Shown: piece by piece, positions 1 to 10,547 of the stretch | Layout: every line of letters begins with the position of its first letter | Position numbering within the stretch: position 1 is the first letter of the stretch | Source of the DNA: an uncultured Gemmatimonadota bacterium | Lineage (GTDB): Bacteria > JAAXHH01 | Length of the DNA: 64,000 nt | Direction: 5' to 3' | Assembly (NCBI GenBank): GCA_951812955.1 | Contig: OX638340.1 | Location: 2,816,001 to 2,880,000 of the forward strand | Position numbers and translations under genes: made by a program | Notes under the pieces: model-generated | Told to the model about the DNA's origin: nothing | Seen by the model: the letters and a program-made list of their open reading frames with translations, nothing else | The model's database searches: none

Positions 1-134
1 GGCGTCCGGCGCCCGTATGCGGCTGAAGGACGCGCTCGAAATCCGTTACTGTATTTACGAATCAGGTCCGCTCGTGTCAAGCGAAAAGCTGTGCGCCGGC
101 CGGGCCTTTCTCCCCTTCTCTCAATGACTTTTCC

Positions 135-164
135 TTGACTGAAAGGGGGTGTGGCGGCTATATT
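135..164 (+). promoter_or_regulatory. putative sigma-70-type promoter
   Basis: TTGACT (135-140), 18-nt spacer, TATATT (159-164), upstream of the first CDS. Hexamer pattern match only. Confidence 0.3.
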
Positions 165-262
165 CCGGGATCGCGTTCCAGGCATTGAACAACCCCTCGG
201 AGTAGCGTCACGATACCGGTCGCAGGAACGTAGACCGGATCGGAGACGGCCGGGGTTGCGCA

Positions 263-919
263 ATGCGGAGAACGCGACGCGGCCAGTCGCTGGGGGATGT
301 CATGCTGAGTTCGAAAGTGAAGACCTGGTACGTGAACATGCTGGGACCCTTCGTCCGCACGTCCGTTCGATTCGGGATTCATCCCAACGCGTTGACGATG
401 CTAGGCTTCGGGATCACCCTGGCTTCGGCCTGTCTCTTCGGACTGGGTGCCTTCCGGTGGGCGGGGCTGGTCATGTTCATCGGCGGCAGTTGCGACGTAT
501 TGGACGGGCATCTCGCCCGGGAGACCGGGACGCGAAGCACCTTTGGCGCGCTCCTCGATTCCACCCTGGACCGCTATGCGGAGATCGCCGTATTCGTCGG
601 CATCATCGCATTCTATCTTTTTAACGCGGCCGAGGGCGGATTGAGCGCCTACTGGGTGCTGGCTTCCGTGATGGCCATCAGCGGTTCCCTGATGGTGAGC
701 TACGTACGGGCCCGCGCGGAGGGGCTCGGGCAGGAATGCACCGTCGGACTCATGCAGCGGCCGGAGAGGATCATCTGTCTCGGACTGGGCGCCTTGCTCG
801 GAGAAACGTACCTGCCCGTGGCGCTGGTCTTGATCGCCGTGGTGTCGAACATCACGGCCTTCTCGCGTCTGTTCTACATCCGCAAGAAGTCTGAGGAGCT
901 AAGGAGTACGGACCCATGA
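263..919 (+). CDS. CDP-alcohol phosphatidyltransferase family protein (PgsA-like)
   Basis: 218-aa ORF. The signature D-G-x2-A-R-x8-G-x3-D-x3-D is present as DGHLARETGTRSTFGALLDSTLD. Several hydrophobic helices. The true start may be ATG 302 (MLSSKV). The stop overlaps the next start (ATGA at 916-919). Confidence 0.8.
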   Translation: MRRTRRGQSLGDVMLSSKVKTWYVNMLGPFVRTSVRFGIHPNALTMLGFGITLASACLFGLGAFRWAGLVMFIGGSCDVLDGHLARETGTRSTFGALLDSTLDRYAEIAVFVGIIAFYLFNAAEGGLSAYWVLASVMAISGSLMVSYVRARAEGLGQECTVGLMQRPERIICLGLGALLGETYLPVALVLIAVVSNITAFSRLFYIRKKSEELRSTDP

Positions 920-2613
920 GAACCCGGACCAGAAGAATCGCCTTCATCGGACTTTCGGTTATTGTCCTGCTAGGCGCCGGATGGCTGCTCAATCAAGACC
1001 GCGTGCAGGCGGTTGGGGAGCAGCAGTACGATCTGAACTTGCTGACGCAGGTCGTGGAGCGCATACGCGCCAAGTACGTGGACGACCTGAACGAGGGCGA
1101 AGCGATTGACGCGGCCATCCGCGGCATGCTGGGCACGCTGGATCCCTATACCGAGTTTCTGGAGAAGAAGCAGAACGACGAAATGAAAATGATGCAGATC
1201 CAGGGGAAGTACGGTGGACTCGGCATCAAGATCACCAAGCCCAGGGAGGAAAACGCCCTCGTCGTCGTTGCGTTGTTCGACGACACGCCGGCCTTCGACG
1301 TCGGTCTGCAGACTGGCGACCGCATTGTATTGATCGAAGACCGGTCCACGGCCGAGATCGACGTTTCTCAGGCTGCGGATCTCCTCAGGGGCAGCCCGGG
1401 TACCGACGTGAAGATATCGGTCAGCCGGGAGGGGGAAGACGAATACATCGACTATACCCTGACGCGGGCCATCATAACCATACCGGTGGTTCCTTACGTT
1501 GGGATGCTGGATAACGATATCGGGTACATCAAGCTGAACCAGTTCACCGAAGAAGCCGCCAGGGAGATCGAAACGGCTTTGAATCGACTGAAAGACCAGG
1601 GCGCCCGGGGATACCTGCTAGATCTGCGCGGCAACCCGGGGGGACTGCTGGAGCAAGCCGTCGGCGTCGCGGGGAAGTTCCTGGAAGAGGACCGGCTCGT
1701 CGTATACACGATGGGGCGTCCCGGCACCGAACGGAGATCCTATCACGCTTCCGATAGCTATACACTCGTAGATGCGCCGCTGGTGGTCCTGGTCGACCGG
1801 TACAGCGCCAGCGCTTCCGAGATCGTCGCCGGTGCCATCCAGGACTGGGACCGGGGGATCGTGGCCGGCCGGCCGACTTTCGGCAAGGCCTCGGTGCAGC
1901 AGATTTTCCCCATGAACAAGGGCACCGCCCTGAAGATCACGACTGCGCGGTATTACACGCCAAGCGGCAGGTTGATCCAGAAGATCAAGGAAAGCCGGAT
2001 CAATCCTTTCGCTCCGCAAGCCGCTGCGGTCGAACCGGACGTATCCGAGGAGACGGAAAGGGAAACATACAGGACGGAAGGCGGGCGTACCGTGTACGGC
2101 GGAGGCGGGATCACGCCGGACGTCGAGTTCGATGTACCCACTTACCCCGCCCTGGTCCAGGCGCTGAACAATCAGAGTCTCTTCATCAAGTTCGCTTCGC
2201 ACTACGTGACGGGCAATCCCGACGTCGACCAGGCGACCTTTGACGTGACGGACGAAATGATCGGCGACTTCCGCCGGTTCGTCGAAGCACGTTCCTTCGA
2301 GTACACCTCCGTGGCGGAGCAGACGCTGAATGAACTGGAGGAAATCGTCCAGGACCGGACGGCTTCCACCGAGGTGCTTGAATCGCTCGCCGACCTGAGG
2401 CGGAAGCTGATCCGGCAGCATGAGCAGGAATACCAGAGGCACAGGGAATTGCTCGTGGCCCGGATCGGGACCGAGATCAGCGCGAGGCTCTGGGGAACGG
2501 CGGGACGGTACGCCTTCGCCACGAAACACGACCCCCAGATCATTACGTCTCTGGAGATACTGGCAGACGAAGAAAAGTACCGGGATCTGCTCGGAGCCGT
2601 CCCGGAGGAATAG
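916..2613 (+). CDS. S41 family C-terminal processing peptidase (with PDZ domain)
   Basis: 565 aa. N-terminal membrane anchor (IAFIGLSVIVLLGAGWLL). S41 blocks GYLLDLRGNPGGLL and DRYSASASEIVAGAIQD (catalytic Ser region), then GRPTFGKASVQ (Lys region). Confidence 0.85.
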   Translation: MRTRTRRIAFIGLSVIVLLGAGWLLNQDRVQAVGEQQYDLNLLTQVVERIRAKYVDDLNEGEAIDAAIRGMLGTLDPYTEFLEKKQNDEMKMMQIQGKYGGLGIKITKPREENALVVVALFDDTPAFDVGLQTGDRIVLIEDRSTAEIDVSQAADLLRGSPGTDVKISVSREGEDEYIDYTLTRAIITIPVVPYVGMLDNDIGYIKLNQFTEEAAREIETALNRLKDQGARGYLLDLRGNPGGLLEQAVGVAGKFLEEDRLVVYTMGRPGTERRSYHASDSYTLVDAPLVVLVDRYSASASEIVAGAIQDWDRGIVAGRPTFGKASVQQIFPMNKGTALKITTARYYTPSGRLIQKIKESRINPFAPQAAAVEPDVSEETERETYRTEGGRTVYGGGGITPDVEFDVPTYPALVQALNNQSLFIKFASHYVTGNPDVDQATFDVTDEMIGDFRRFVEARSFEYTSVAEQTLNELEEIVQDRTASTEVLESLADLRRKLIRQHEQEYQRHRELLVARIGTEISARLWGTAGRYAFATKHDPQIITSLEILADEEKYRDLLGAVPEE

Positions 2614-2664
2614 GGAGACCGGTTATCGGCAGGCAAACACCCCGGCAACATGCACGCAGGCTGC

Positions 2665-2746
2665 GCGAGGGTGGCGGAACTGGTATACGCGCTGGATTTA
2701 GGATCCAGTGGGGCAACCCATGGGGGTTCGAGTCCCCCCTCTCGCA
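2665..2746 (+). tRNA. tRNA-Leu (anticodon UAG), class II with long variable arm, CCA not encoded
   Basis: Manual cloverleaf fold. Acceptor GCGAGGG/CTCTCGC (one G-U pair). D-arm GCGG..CGC. Anticodon stem CTGGA/TCCAG with loop TTTAGGA (anticodon TAG). Variable arm TGGGGCAACCCAT. T-arm GGGGG-TTCGAGT-CCCCC. Discriminator A. Closely parallels E. coli tRNA-Leu architecture. Confidence 0.85.
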
Positions 2747-2796
2747 TCACGCCCGGGATCCTGGTTGCTTGGCCCCGGAGTCCCGGCGCTTTTCCG

Positions 2797-2825
2797 TTGA
2801 CATAAACCCCTCTCCACAGTTAATT
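2797..2825 (+). promoter_or_regulatory. putative sigma-70-type promoter upstream of tig
   Basis: TTGACA (2797-2802), 17-nt spacer, TTAATT (2820-2825). Pattern match only. Confidence 0.25.
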
Positions 2826-2897
2826 AACTCGGCTTGTCGAACGGCGTTCGGGTTGATACGAGTCCGCGGCCCGATGCGGTAAAACCGACGGGCTTGT

Positions 2898-4172
2898 ATG
2901 CGCGAGGCGCACGGAGGAAATGGCTTGAACTACACGGTATCCGAACCCAAACCCTGGAAACGCGTCCTGGAGATCGAAGTGCCCTCCGATGCGATTCAAT
3001 CCGAACTGAACGCCGCCTACGCGCGTTACAGTAGAGAGGTGCGCCTTCCCGGGTTCCGCCGGGGCAAGGTTCCACTCAGTGTGCTCAAGGCCCGTCTCGG
3101 CAATGAAATCCGGGCGGAAGTGCTCGAGAAGAAAATACCTGAATACCTGAACAGCGCCCACGAAAAGGCCGATATCAAGCCTATTAGCCAGCCCGTGATC
3201 GAAGAGATAGAATTCGACGAAGGACAGGACCTCAAACTCCGGGCCAGTGTGGAAGTCAAGCCCGCCATAGAATTGAAGCAATACAAGGACCTGCGGGTGA
3301 ACCGGCGGACCGTGAACGTGACCGACGAGGATATAGATCAGCGGCTGGAGGGGTTGCGGGAACGATACGCCAGCGTGGTGAACGTCGATGGTGCAGCGGA
3401 ACGGGACCACTTCATCCGGGCCGATATTCAGCATGCGGACAACAGCGGCGTGCCGATCATCGGGCGCAAGGAGGAGAACCAGTTTTTCCAGATCGGTTCC
3501 GGCCGCCTTGGAGAGGATTTCGACACCCAGTTGACCGGGGTCAGGGCCGACGAGGACCGTACCGTCCGGACCACGCTTCCGTCCGACTACCCCGACGAGA
3601 ACATGGCGGGCGGGGAAGCCTGTTTTATCGTGAGTGTCCGTGAGGTCATGGAAAGACAATTGCCGGACGCGGACGACGATTTCGCCGTGGACATCGGCAT
3701 GGAGAGCCTGGACGCCCTGAAACAGTCGATCAGGGAGGAAATCGAGCGGGAACCGGACCGGGAATTGCGCAACGACCTGGTCACGCAGATCGTGGAGGCC
3801 CACGATTTCGAGGTGCCCGAATCCATGATGACCGCCTATCTCGACCAGGTGGTGGCGGACGCGCGCCGTACCACGCGGGATCAGGACGAAGTCGACGAGA
3901 ACGCCCTTCGTCAGCAGTACCGGCCCGTGGCGAACAACCAGATCATGCGCCATCTCATCCTGGACGCCATCGGCGAGCAGGAAGGGCTGGCGGTGGATCA
4001 GGAGGAAGTGGATGAGCGGCTGGAGGCCGTCGCGGCGCGGGGCCAGGCCTCTGTCGACCAGGTTCGCAAACTCTTCCGTGAAAACGGGAGGCTGGAACGC
4101 ATCGAAGCGGATCTCAGGGAGGAGAAGGTCGTTGAGTTTCTCGTGCAGCACGCCGACATACAAGCGGAGTAG
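2898..4172 (+). CDS. tig: trigger factor
   Basis: 424 aa. The N-terminal ribosome-binding region contains the trigger-factor signature GFRRGKVP. Classical position immediately upstream of clpP-clpX-lon. An alternative start is TTG 2925, preceded by GGAGGA at a 6-nt spacing. Confidence 0.9.
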   Translation: MREAHGGNGLNYTVSEPKPWKRVLEIEVPSDAIQSELNAAYARYSREVRLPGFRRGKVPLSVLKARLGNEIRAEVLEKKIPEYLNSAHEKADIKPISQPVIEEIEFDEGQDLKLRASVEVKPAIELKQYKDLRVNRRTVNVTDEDIDQRLEGLRERYASVVNVDGAAERDHFIRADIQHADNSGVPIIGRKEENQFFQIGSGRLGEDFDTQLTGVRADEDRTVRTTLPSDYPDENMAGGEACFIVSVREVMERQLPDADDDFAVDIGMESLDALKQSIREEIEREPDRELRNDLVTQIVEAHDFEVPESMMTAYLDQVVADARRTTRDQDEVDENALRQQYRPVANNQIMRHLILDAIGEQEGLAVDQEEVDERLEAVAARGQASVDQVRKLFRENGRLERIEADLREEKVVEFLVQHADIQAE

Positions 4173-4193
4173 GCCGACATACAAGCGGAGTAG
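4152..4193 (+). repeat. perfect 21-bp tandem duplication (x2) of the last 6 codons plus stop of tig
   Basis: GCCGACATACAAGCGGAGTAG occurs at 4152-4172 and again at 4173-4193. Copy 1 ends with the tig stop codon. Copy 2 supplies a second in-frame TAG just before the clpP RBS AAGGAG. Confidence 0.95.
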
Positions 4194-4205
4194 AAGGAGC
4201 GTCTC

Positions 4206-4829
4206 ATGTTAGTACCGATGGTGATCGAACAGACGGGCCGCGGGGAACGGGCCTACGACATCTACTCTCTGCTGCTGAAGAACCGCATCGTCTTTATCGG
4301 TATGCCGATCGACGACACCATCGCGAACCTGGTGATCGCCCAGTTACTCTATTTGCAGTACGAAGACGCCGAGAAGGACATCAAACTGTACATCAACAGC
4401 CCCGGTGGCAGTATCACTGCGGGTCTGGCCATTTACGACACCATGCAGTTCATCCAGCCCGACGTGGAGACTTACTGCCTGGGCATGGCCGCCAGCATGG
4501 GCGCCTTTCTCCTCACGGCGGGCGGTGCCGGGAAACGGTACGCCCTGCCCTATGCGCGTATCCTGATCCACCAGCCTTCCATCCCCCACATGGCCGGAAC
4601 GGCGAAGGATATCGAGATCCAGGCCGAGGAAATGCTGCGCATGAAGCGGACCATGAATGAGATCATGGCCCATCACACCGGACAGTCCGTGGACAAGATT
4701 GAATCGGATACCGACAGGGACTTCTGGATGTCGCCGGAACAGGCCGTGGAGTACGGACTGGTGGACCACGTGGTCGAAACCGCCGCTTCAAAGGCCATCG
4801 CCGAATCGCTGAACGGCAAAACCGCCTAG
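4206..4829 (+). CDS. clpP: ATP-dependent Clp protease proteolytic subunit
   Basis: 207 aa. [19 protein letters not shown]. Catalytic Ser block [11 protein letters not shown]. His block [17 protein letters not shown] upstream. Confidence 0.97.
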   Translation: MLVPMVIEQTGRGERAYDIYSLLLKNRIVFIGMPIDDTIANLVIAQLLYLQYEDAEKDIKLYINSPGGSITAGLAIYDTMQFIQPDVETYCLGMAASMGAFLLTAGGAGKRYALPYARILIHQPSIPHMAGTAKDIEIQAEEMLRMKRTMNEIMAHHTGQSVDKIESDTDRDFWMSPEQAVEYGLVDHVVETAASKAIAESLNGKTA

Positions 4830-4838
4830 GACGGGATC

Positions 4839-6086
4839 ATGAAGAAGCGATCGACGCCGCGGGACCTCCGCTGCTCCTTCTGCAACAGAAACTCCGACGA
4901 GGTGGAACGCCTCATCACGGGTCCGAACGTGTACATCTGCAACGAGTGCATCCTGATGTGCAACGGGATCCTGGCCGAGGAAATGAGCCGCAGCACCCTG
5001 TCGACCGTCGAGGATCTTCCGCTGCCCACGGAAATCAACGAGGCGCTGGACGAATACGTCATCGGCCAGGAGCAGGCCAAGAAGGTCCTTTCCGTGGCCG
5101 TATATAACCACTACAAGCGCATTCAGCACAGCGCCTCCCAGGACGACGTGGAGCTCGAGAAGAGCAACATCCTGCTGGTCGGTCCCACGGGTACCGGGAA
5201 GACGCTCCTTGCCCAGACGCTGGCGAAGATGCTCCACGTGCCTTTCTGCATCGCGGACGCTACGGTGCTCACGGAAGCCGGTTACGTGGGCGAAGACGTG
5301 GAGAGCGTGCTGGTCCGGCTGCTCCAGGCCGCGGACTACGACGTGCCGAAAGCCGAAAGCGGCATCGTCTATATCGACGAGGTCGACAAGGTGGCGCGCA
5401 AGTCGGCCAACCCCTCCATCACCCGCGACGTGTCGGGAGAAGGCGTGCAGCAGTCCCTGCTCAAAATGCTGGAGGGCACCATCGCCAACGTACCCCCGAA
5501 GGGCGGACGGAAACACCCGGAACAGAACTTCGTCCAGATCAACACGCGGAACATCCTCTTCATCTGCGGCGGCGCCTTCGACGATCTCGACCAGATCATC
5601 GAGCGGCGGACCGCGGAAGGCACCATCGGATTCGGCGGCGTGTCGAGAAACCCCGCGGGACGCAACACGGGCGAACTCCTCGCCCGGGTCGAACCGGACG
5701 ACCTGCTGCAATACGGACTCATCCCCGAGATCATCGGCCGGCTGCCCGTGATCGCCACGCTGGGCGAACTGGACGCCGAGGCGCTGATGGAAATCCTGCT
5801 CAAGCCGAAGAACGCCCTCGTAAAGCAGTACCAGCGACTGCTGGAATTGGAAAACGTCAAGCTGACCTTCACGGACGAGTCGCTCACGGCAGTGGTAAAC
5901 GAGGCGATGGACAAGAAGACCGGCGCGCGGTCGCTGAGGTCCATCCTCGAGGATGTGATGCTCGACGTGATGTTCAACGCGCCGACGCAGGAAGACCTGA
6001 GGGAAGTGGTCATCACCGAAGAAACCGTCACGGAAAAATCTCCCCCCGTCTACGTACAGGACAAAGAAAGCAAGCAAAGCGCCTGA
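4839..6086 (+). CDS. clpX: ATP-dependent Clp protease ATP-binding subunit ClpX
   Basis: 415 aa. N-terminal zinc ribbon [26 protein letters not shown]. Walker A GPTGTGKT. Walker [10 protein letters not shown]. Confidence 0.97.
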   Translation: MKKRSTPRDLRCSFCNRNSDEVERLITGPNVYICNECILMCNGILAEEMSRSTLSTVEDLPLPTEINEALDEYVIGQEQAKKVLSVAVYNHYKRIQHSASQDDVELEKSNILLVGPTGTGKTLLAQTLAKMLHVPFCIADATVLTEAGYVGEDVESVLVRLLQAADYDVPKAESGIVYIDEVDKVARKSANPSITRDVSGEGVQQSLLKMLEGTIANVPPKGGRKHPEQNFVQINTRNILFICGGAFDDLDQIIERRTAEGTIGFGGVSRNPAGRNTGELLARVEPDDLLQYGLIPEIIGRLPVIATLGELDAEALMEILLKPKNALVKQYQRLLELENVKLTFTDESLTAVVNEAMDKKTGARSLRSILEDVMLDVMFNAPTQEDLREVVITEETVTEKSPPVYVQDKESKQSA

Positions 6087-6131
6087 CCTGACCCCTACCC
6101 CGCGGACCTTCCACTCGAACCGGCGGCGAAA

Positions 6132-8558
6132 ATGTCTCCCATGATTACCCTGAAGCGCAACGATCCCATTACATTCGACGACAAGCTGCCGCTCATTCCC
6201 CTCCGCGAGGTGGTCGTTTTTCCTTACATGGAATACCCCCTCATTATCGCGCGGGACGCTTCCATCAAGGCCCTTGAACACGGCGTCAACAACGACCGGT
6301 TGCTCTTCCTGACCGCCCAGCGCAATCCCGACATCGAAACCCCCGAAAAGGGCGATGTGCATCGAACGGGGATCGTGGCCCGTATTCTGCAGGTGGTGAA
6401 ACTTCCGAACAACTTGATCCGGGTTCTCGTCGAGGGGATCGTCCGCGCAAAGGTCGTCCGGTTTCTGTCATCGGATCCCTATATGCGAGTGAAAATCGCG
6501 CTGGTCGAGGAAACCGACGACAACCAGGCCGAGGTGCAGGCGAGACTGCGGACGGTCGTGGATCAGTTCTCGGAGTACATAAAGCTGAACCAGCAGGCGC
6601 CCGACGAGATACTGCTGTCACTTCAGAACATGGACGACGCCCAGCGCCTGGCGGACACTATGTCGGCCTTCATCCAGCAAAGCCCCCAGGTGAAGCAGCG
6701 GCTCATCGAGGCGCCGTCGATTATCGAGCAACTCGACGAGTTGGCGGCCATCCTGGCGACGGAACTGGAGATCCTGGAGATCAAGAACCATCTCGACGGC
6801 GAGGTCCGGGACCGAATCACCAAGTCTCAGCGGGAGTTCTTCCTCCAGGAACAGATGCGTGTGATCAAGCAGGAACTGGGTGAACTGGAGGAGTTGCCGG
6901 AAAACCTGGGCGGGCTGGCGCAGCAGGTAGCGGATGCGAAGATGCCCAAAGAAGCCCACGAAAAGGCCATGACTGAACTGGAAAAACTCCAACAGATGCA
7001 TCCGACCTCCCCCGAAGCGACGGTGATCCGCAACTACCTCGAATGGCTCGTCGAAGTGCCGTGGAGAAAACGTACGCGGGACCGCCGGGATATCGGCCGT
7101 GTGGAGTCCGTGCTCGACGCCGATCACTACGGGCTGGAAAAACCGAAGGAACATATCCTCGAGTACTTGTCGGTCATCCAGCTGACACGGCACCTGAAGG
7201 GACCGATCCTGTGCCTGGTCGGTCCCCCGGGCGTGGGCAAGACGTCCCTCGGTCGTTCGATCGCGCACGCCATGGGCCGGAAATTCGTCCGCATGTCCCT
7301 CGGCGGCGTGCACGACGAGGCCGAGATAAGGGGCCATCGCCGGACCTATATCGGTTCCATGCCTGGACGGATCATCCAGGCGATGCGCCGCGCAGGGACC
7401 GTCAATCCGGTGATCCTGCTCGACGAGGTGGACAAGCTGGGGCGGGACGTGCGCGGCGACCCCGCGTCGGCCCTGCTGGAAGTGCTGGATCCCGAACAGA
7501 ACAACGCCTTCAACGACCACTACCTCGAAGTGGATTACGATCTGTCCCGCGTGCTGTTTCTGACGACGGCCAATACGACGGACACCATCCCCCCCGCGCT
7601 GAACGACCGCATGGAGATCCTCGAGCTGCCCGGTTATCTCGAAACCCAGAAACTGGCCATCGCACAGGGATTCCTGGTGCCGAAACAGATCGAAGCCCAC
7701 GGACTGAAAAAAGAACGCGTCACGTTCAGGAAGGACGCCCTGCTGGGCATCATCCGGGAATATACCCGCGAAGCCGGCGTCCGGGGCCTGGAACGGCACA
7801 TCGCCGCGATCTGCCGCAAGCTGGCCCGCAAGGTGGTGGAAGGCAGTGCACGGAAACGGATGCAGGTTACGCGCAAACAGCTTTCAAACTACCTCGGCGT
7901 TCCGCGCTACCTGGACTCCGAAGTCATGAAACAGGATTCGGTGGGCCTTGCCACCGGGCTTGCATGGACGCAGTCGGGCGGGGACATTCTCTCCATCGAG
8001 GTCAGCGTCCTGAACCGCCGCGGTTCGGGACGGCTGACGCTGACCGGCCAACTGGGGGAAGTGATGCAGGAATCGGCCCACGCGGCGCTTACCTATGCCC
8101 GGTCCAGGGCCGCGTCACTGGGACTCGAGCCGGACTTCTACAAGAACGTCGAGATCCACGTGCACATGCCCGAAGGCGCGATCCCAAAGGACGGTCCGTC
8201 CGCCGGGATCACCATCGCGACGGCGCTCTGCTCGGCGCTGACCGGCGTGCCGGTTCGTTGCGATATTGCCATGACGGGCGAAATCACGCTACGGGGCAAC
8301 GTGTTACCCATCGGCGGCCTGAACGAGAAACTGATTGCCGCGCTCCGGGCCGGGATCAGGGAAGTGTTGATACCGCTCCGAAACCGGAAGGACCTGGTGG
8401 ATGTCCCGCCGGAGGTGAAGGGCGAGATCGAAATCTGTCCCGTATCGACCATGGACGAAGTTCTGAAACGAACCATGGGCATTCAGGTCGTGGAATCCCC
8501 CGTACCCGGGCTGATCCCCAGTCCGTCCGTCGCGCAGCCGGCCATTAAGCCAGTCTAG
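6132..8558 (+). CDS. lon: ATP-dependent protease Lon (LonA)
   Basis: 808 aa. LON N-domain. Walker [10 protein letters not shown]. Protease Ser block [15 protein letters not shown] and Lys block [10 protein letters not shown]. Confidence 0.97.
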   Translation: MSPMITLKRNDPITFDDKLPLIPLREVVVFPYMEYPLIIARDASIKALEHGVNNDRLLFLTAQRNPDIETPEKGDVHRTGIVARILQVVKLPNNLIRVLVEGIVRAKVVRFLSSDPYMRVKIALVEETDDNQAEVQARLRTVVDQFSEYIKLNQQAPDEILLSLQNMDDAQRLADTMSAFIQQSPQVKQRLIEAPSIIEQLDELAAILATELEILEIKNHLDGEVRDRITKSQREFFLQEQMRVIKQELGELEELPENLGGLAQQVADAKMPKEAHEKAMTELEKLQQMHPTSPEATVIRNYLEWLVEVPWRKRTRDRRDIGRVESVLDADHYGLEKPKEHILEYLSVIQLTRHLKGPILCLVGPPGVGKTSLGRSIAHAMGRKFVRMSLGGVHDEAEIRGHRRTYIGSMPGRIIQAMRRAGTVNPVILLDEVDKLGRDVRGDPASALLEVLDPEQNNAFNDHYLEVDYDLSRVLFLTTANTTDTIPPALNDRMEILELPGYLETQKLAIAQGFLVPKQIEAHGLKKERVTFRKDALLGIIREYTREAGVRGLERHIAAICRKLARKVVEGSARKRMQVTRKQLSNYLGVPRYLDSEVMKQDSVGLATGLAWTQSGGDILSIEVSVLNRRGSGRLTLTGQLGEVMQESAHAALTYARSRAASLGLEPDFYKNVEIHVHMPEGAIPKDGPSAGITIATALCSALTGVPVRCDIAMTGEITLRGNVLPIGGLNEKLIAALRAGIREVLIPLRNRKDLVDVPPEVKGEIEICPVSTMDEVLKRTMGIQVVESPVPGLIPSPSVAQPAIKPV

Positions 8559-8641
8559 CCGTCCGGCCCTCGCAGGCCTAGCCGTCCGTCGCGCAGCCGG
8601 CCATTAAGCCAGTCTAGCCGTCCGGCTCTCGCAGGTCTCCT
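8524..8641. repeat. 59-bp tandem duplication (x2, about 55/59 identical) spanning the convergent 3' ends of lon and tsaE
   Basis: Copy 1 is 8524-8582 and copy 2 is 8583-8641. The first 44 nt are identical. Each copy carries a CTAG. lon stops at the TAG in copy 1 (8556-8558). tsaE stops on the opposite strand at the CTAG in copy 2 (8614-8616). Confidence 0.9.
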
Positions 8642-9150
8642 CCTGGGTACCTCAGAGCTCGGGAAACATCTGCTTCCAGATCGGAAACCAGGTTTCCGGC
8701 GCCGGTGATCTCCAGCATTCTCCCCGTGCCTTCTCCGATTTCGATATGGACCGTGATCGCGCTGGAGGGCATGATCTCCGGGAATTTGTCTCCCCATTCA
8801 ATGAGGCAGACACGAGTGTCCACGTACTCGTCGAAACCGAGATCCAGCACCGAATCCGCGCTGTCCAGGCGGTAAAGGTCGAAGTGGGCCACCGGAACCC
8901 GGCCGTCGTATTCGTTCACGAGGGTGAAGGTGGGACTCGTTACAGGTTCGCCGATGCCGAGCCCAACGCAGATCCCCTGTATGAAACAGGTCTTCCCCGC
9001 GCCGAGATCGCCGGACACCCGCACCGTGTCACCCGGTTCCAGCCAATTGGCCAGGCGCCCTCCGATCCGTGCAGTCTGTCCCGGACCGTCCGACCTGAAA
9101 CTGCGCTGTTCCCGATGGACCGGCGTGTCCGAATGAATAGGATCGCTCAC
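8614..9150 (-). CDS. tsaE: tRNA t6A37 biosynthesis ATPase TsaE
   Basis: 178 aa. P-loop GDLGAGKT followed by TSPTFTLVNEY and HFDLYRL, typical of YjeE/TsaE. GTG start overlapping the serS stop (GTGA). Confidence 0.85.
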   Translation of the reverse strand: MSDPIHSDTPVHREQRSFRSDGPGQTARIGGRLANWLEPGDTVRVSGDLGAGKTCFIQGICVGLGIGEPVTSPTFTLVNEYDGRVPVAHFDLYRLDSADSVLDLGFDEYVDTRVCLIEWGDKFPEIMPSSAITVHIEIGEGTGRMLEITGAGNLVSDLEADVSRALRYPGGDLREPDG

Positions 9151-10415
9151 CCGATTTCCTTCAATCCGCCCATGTAGGGAACCAGTACCTCAGGAATACG
9201 GATGCTTCCCCGCACGGTCTGATAGTGCTCGATCACCGCGATCAGGGTCCGCGCCATGCCCATGCCCGATCCGTTCAGGGTATGTACGAACCGGCTCTTG
9301 CCGGCCTTGTCCCGGTAACGGATCCCGCTTCTCCGCGCCTGGAAATCCTCGAAGTTGCTGCAGGAGGAGACCTCTAGCCACCGGTTCACGCCGGGCGCCC
9401 AGGCTTCCAGGTCGTAGCATTTGGCCGCCGCGAAACTCAGCTCTCCCGTGCACAGCGCCACCACGCGGTAGGGGATGTTCAGCAATTGCAGCACTTCTTC
9501 CGCGTCGTTGACCAGCGTTTCCAATTCGTCGTACGAAGTCTCGGGCCGCACGAACTTGACCATCTCCACCTTGTCAAACTGATGAACCCGGATCAGCCCC
9601 CTGGTCTCCCGCCCGTAGGATCCGGCTTCGCGGCGAAAACAGGGGCTGTAGGCCGTGTAGCGGATCGGCAGGTCGTCCTCCGGGAGTATTTCGTCGCGGT
9701 GCATGTTGGTAACCGGCACCTCCGCCGTGGGGATGAGGAACAGGTCGTCCATGTCGGTGCGGTACATGTCCTCTTCCATCTTCGGCAACTGACCGGTGCC
9801 GAACATGCTCTGGCGGTTTACGATGTAGGGCGGTATGATTTCCGTGTACCCGTGCTTCCGGATGTGGAGGTCGAGCATGAACTGGATCAACGCCCGCTGC
9901 AGCCGGGCGCCCTCACCCTTGAAGAGGACGAAGTGACTGCCCGATATCTTGCCCGCCCGTTGAAAGTCGATGATGTCGAGCGCTTCCCCGATGTCCCAGT
10001 GGGCCTTGCGTTCGAATTCCACTTCGGGCGTGTCGCCCCAGTGACGCACCTCCACGTTGGCGCTTTCGTCGGCGCCGACCGGCACCGTGGGATGGGGTAT
10101 GTTGGGCAGGCGCTCAAGTATGGCCTGCAGGCTGTCCTGGAGACCCGCCAGATCCGCGTCTATACCCTTGATCCGCGTGGACACCTCACGCATTTCCGCG
10201 ATCCGTTCGGAAGCGTCTTCGCCGTCCCGTTTCATGCGCGCGATTTCGTCGGACACGGTGTTCCGCCGCTGCTTGAGCGACTCGACCGTCTGCAGCAGTT
10301 CCCTCCGCCGCTCGTCCAGGTCGAGGAACCGGTCGACGTCGACCCGCTCGTTCTTGTTCGCGGCCGCCTGTCTTACCGCTTCTGGGTTTTGCCTGACGAA
10401 CCGCTGGTCTAACAT
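9147..10415 (-). CDS. serS: seryl-tRNA synthetase
   Basis: MLDQRFVRQNPE start and N-terminal coiled-coil arm. Class II motifs include RVHQFDKVE and LNGSGMGMARTLIAVIE. The ORF track extends to 10469, but the internal ATG at 10415 matches the canonical SerS N-terminus. Confidence 0.93.
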   Translation of the reverse strand: MLDQRFVRQNPEAVRQAAANKNERVDVDRFLDLDERRRELLQTVESLKQRRNTVSDEIARMKRDGEDASERIAEMREVSTRIKGIDADLAGLQDSLQAILERLPNIPHPTVPVGADESANVEVRHWGDTPEVEFERKAHWDIGEALDIIDFQRAGKISGSHFVLFKGEGARLQRALIQFMLDLHIRKHGYTEIIPPYIVNRQSMFGTGQLPKMEEDMYRTDMDDLFLIPTAEVPVTNMHRDEILPEDDLPIRYTAYSPCFRREAGSYGRETRGLIRVHQFDKVEMVKFVRPETSYDELETLVNDAEEVLQLLNIPYRVVALCTGELSFAAAKCYDLEAWAPGVNRWLEVSSCSNFEDFQARRSGIRYRDKAGKSRFVHTLNGSGMGMARTLIAVIEHYQTVRGSIRIPEVLVPYMGGLKEIG

Positions 10416-10547
10416 ATTCCCTCCGTGACCGGTCGCGCCGGTCGAACGGGCCGCTTTCCTTGTAACCATGGGTTGTTTTAACGCTACAAATCACGGTAAA
10501 ATAGGAGGATGTCACCGTTCCCGGCAAGCAGAAACGTCGTAAGCCTG

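Noticed and set aside
2665-2746. tRNA-Leu as an integration site for a genomic island.
   Set aside because: There is no integrase, and I noticed no duplicated tRNA 3' end nearby. The flanking genes (S41 protease, tig-clpPX-lon) are core housekeeping genes.
2820-4184. 454-aa ORF antisense to tig. Similar long antisense or alternate-frame ORFs occur at 4788-6362, 6618-7799, 7043-8548, 35706-37751, 41131-42312, 43460-44896, 54203-55303 and 59242-60477.
   Set aside because: These are typical high-GC shadow ORFs. They lie opposite or out of frame to genes with unmistakable conserved motifs. They are Arg/Pro/Gly/His-rich with low complexity, lack an RBS, and have no recognisable domains.
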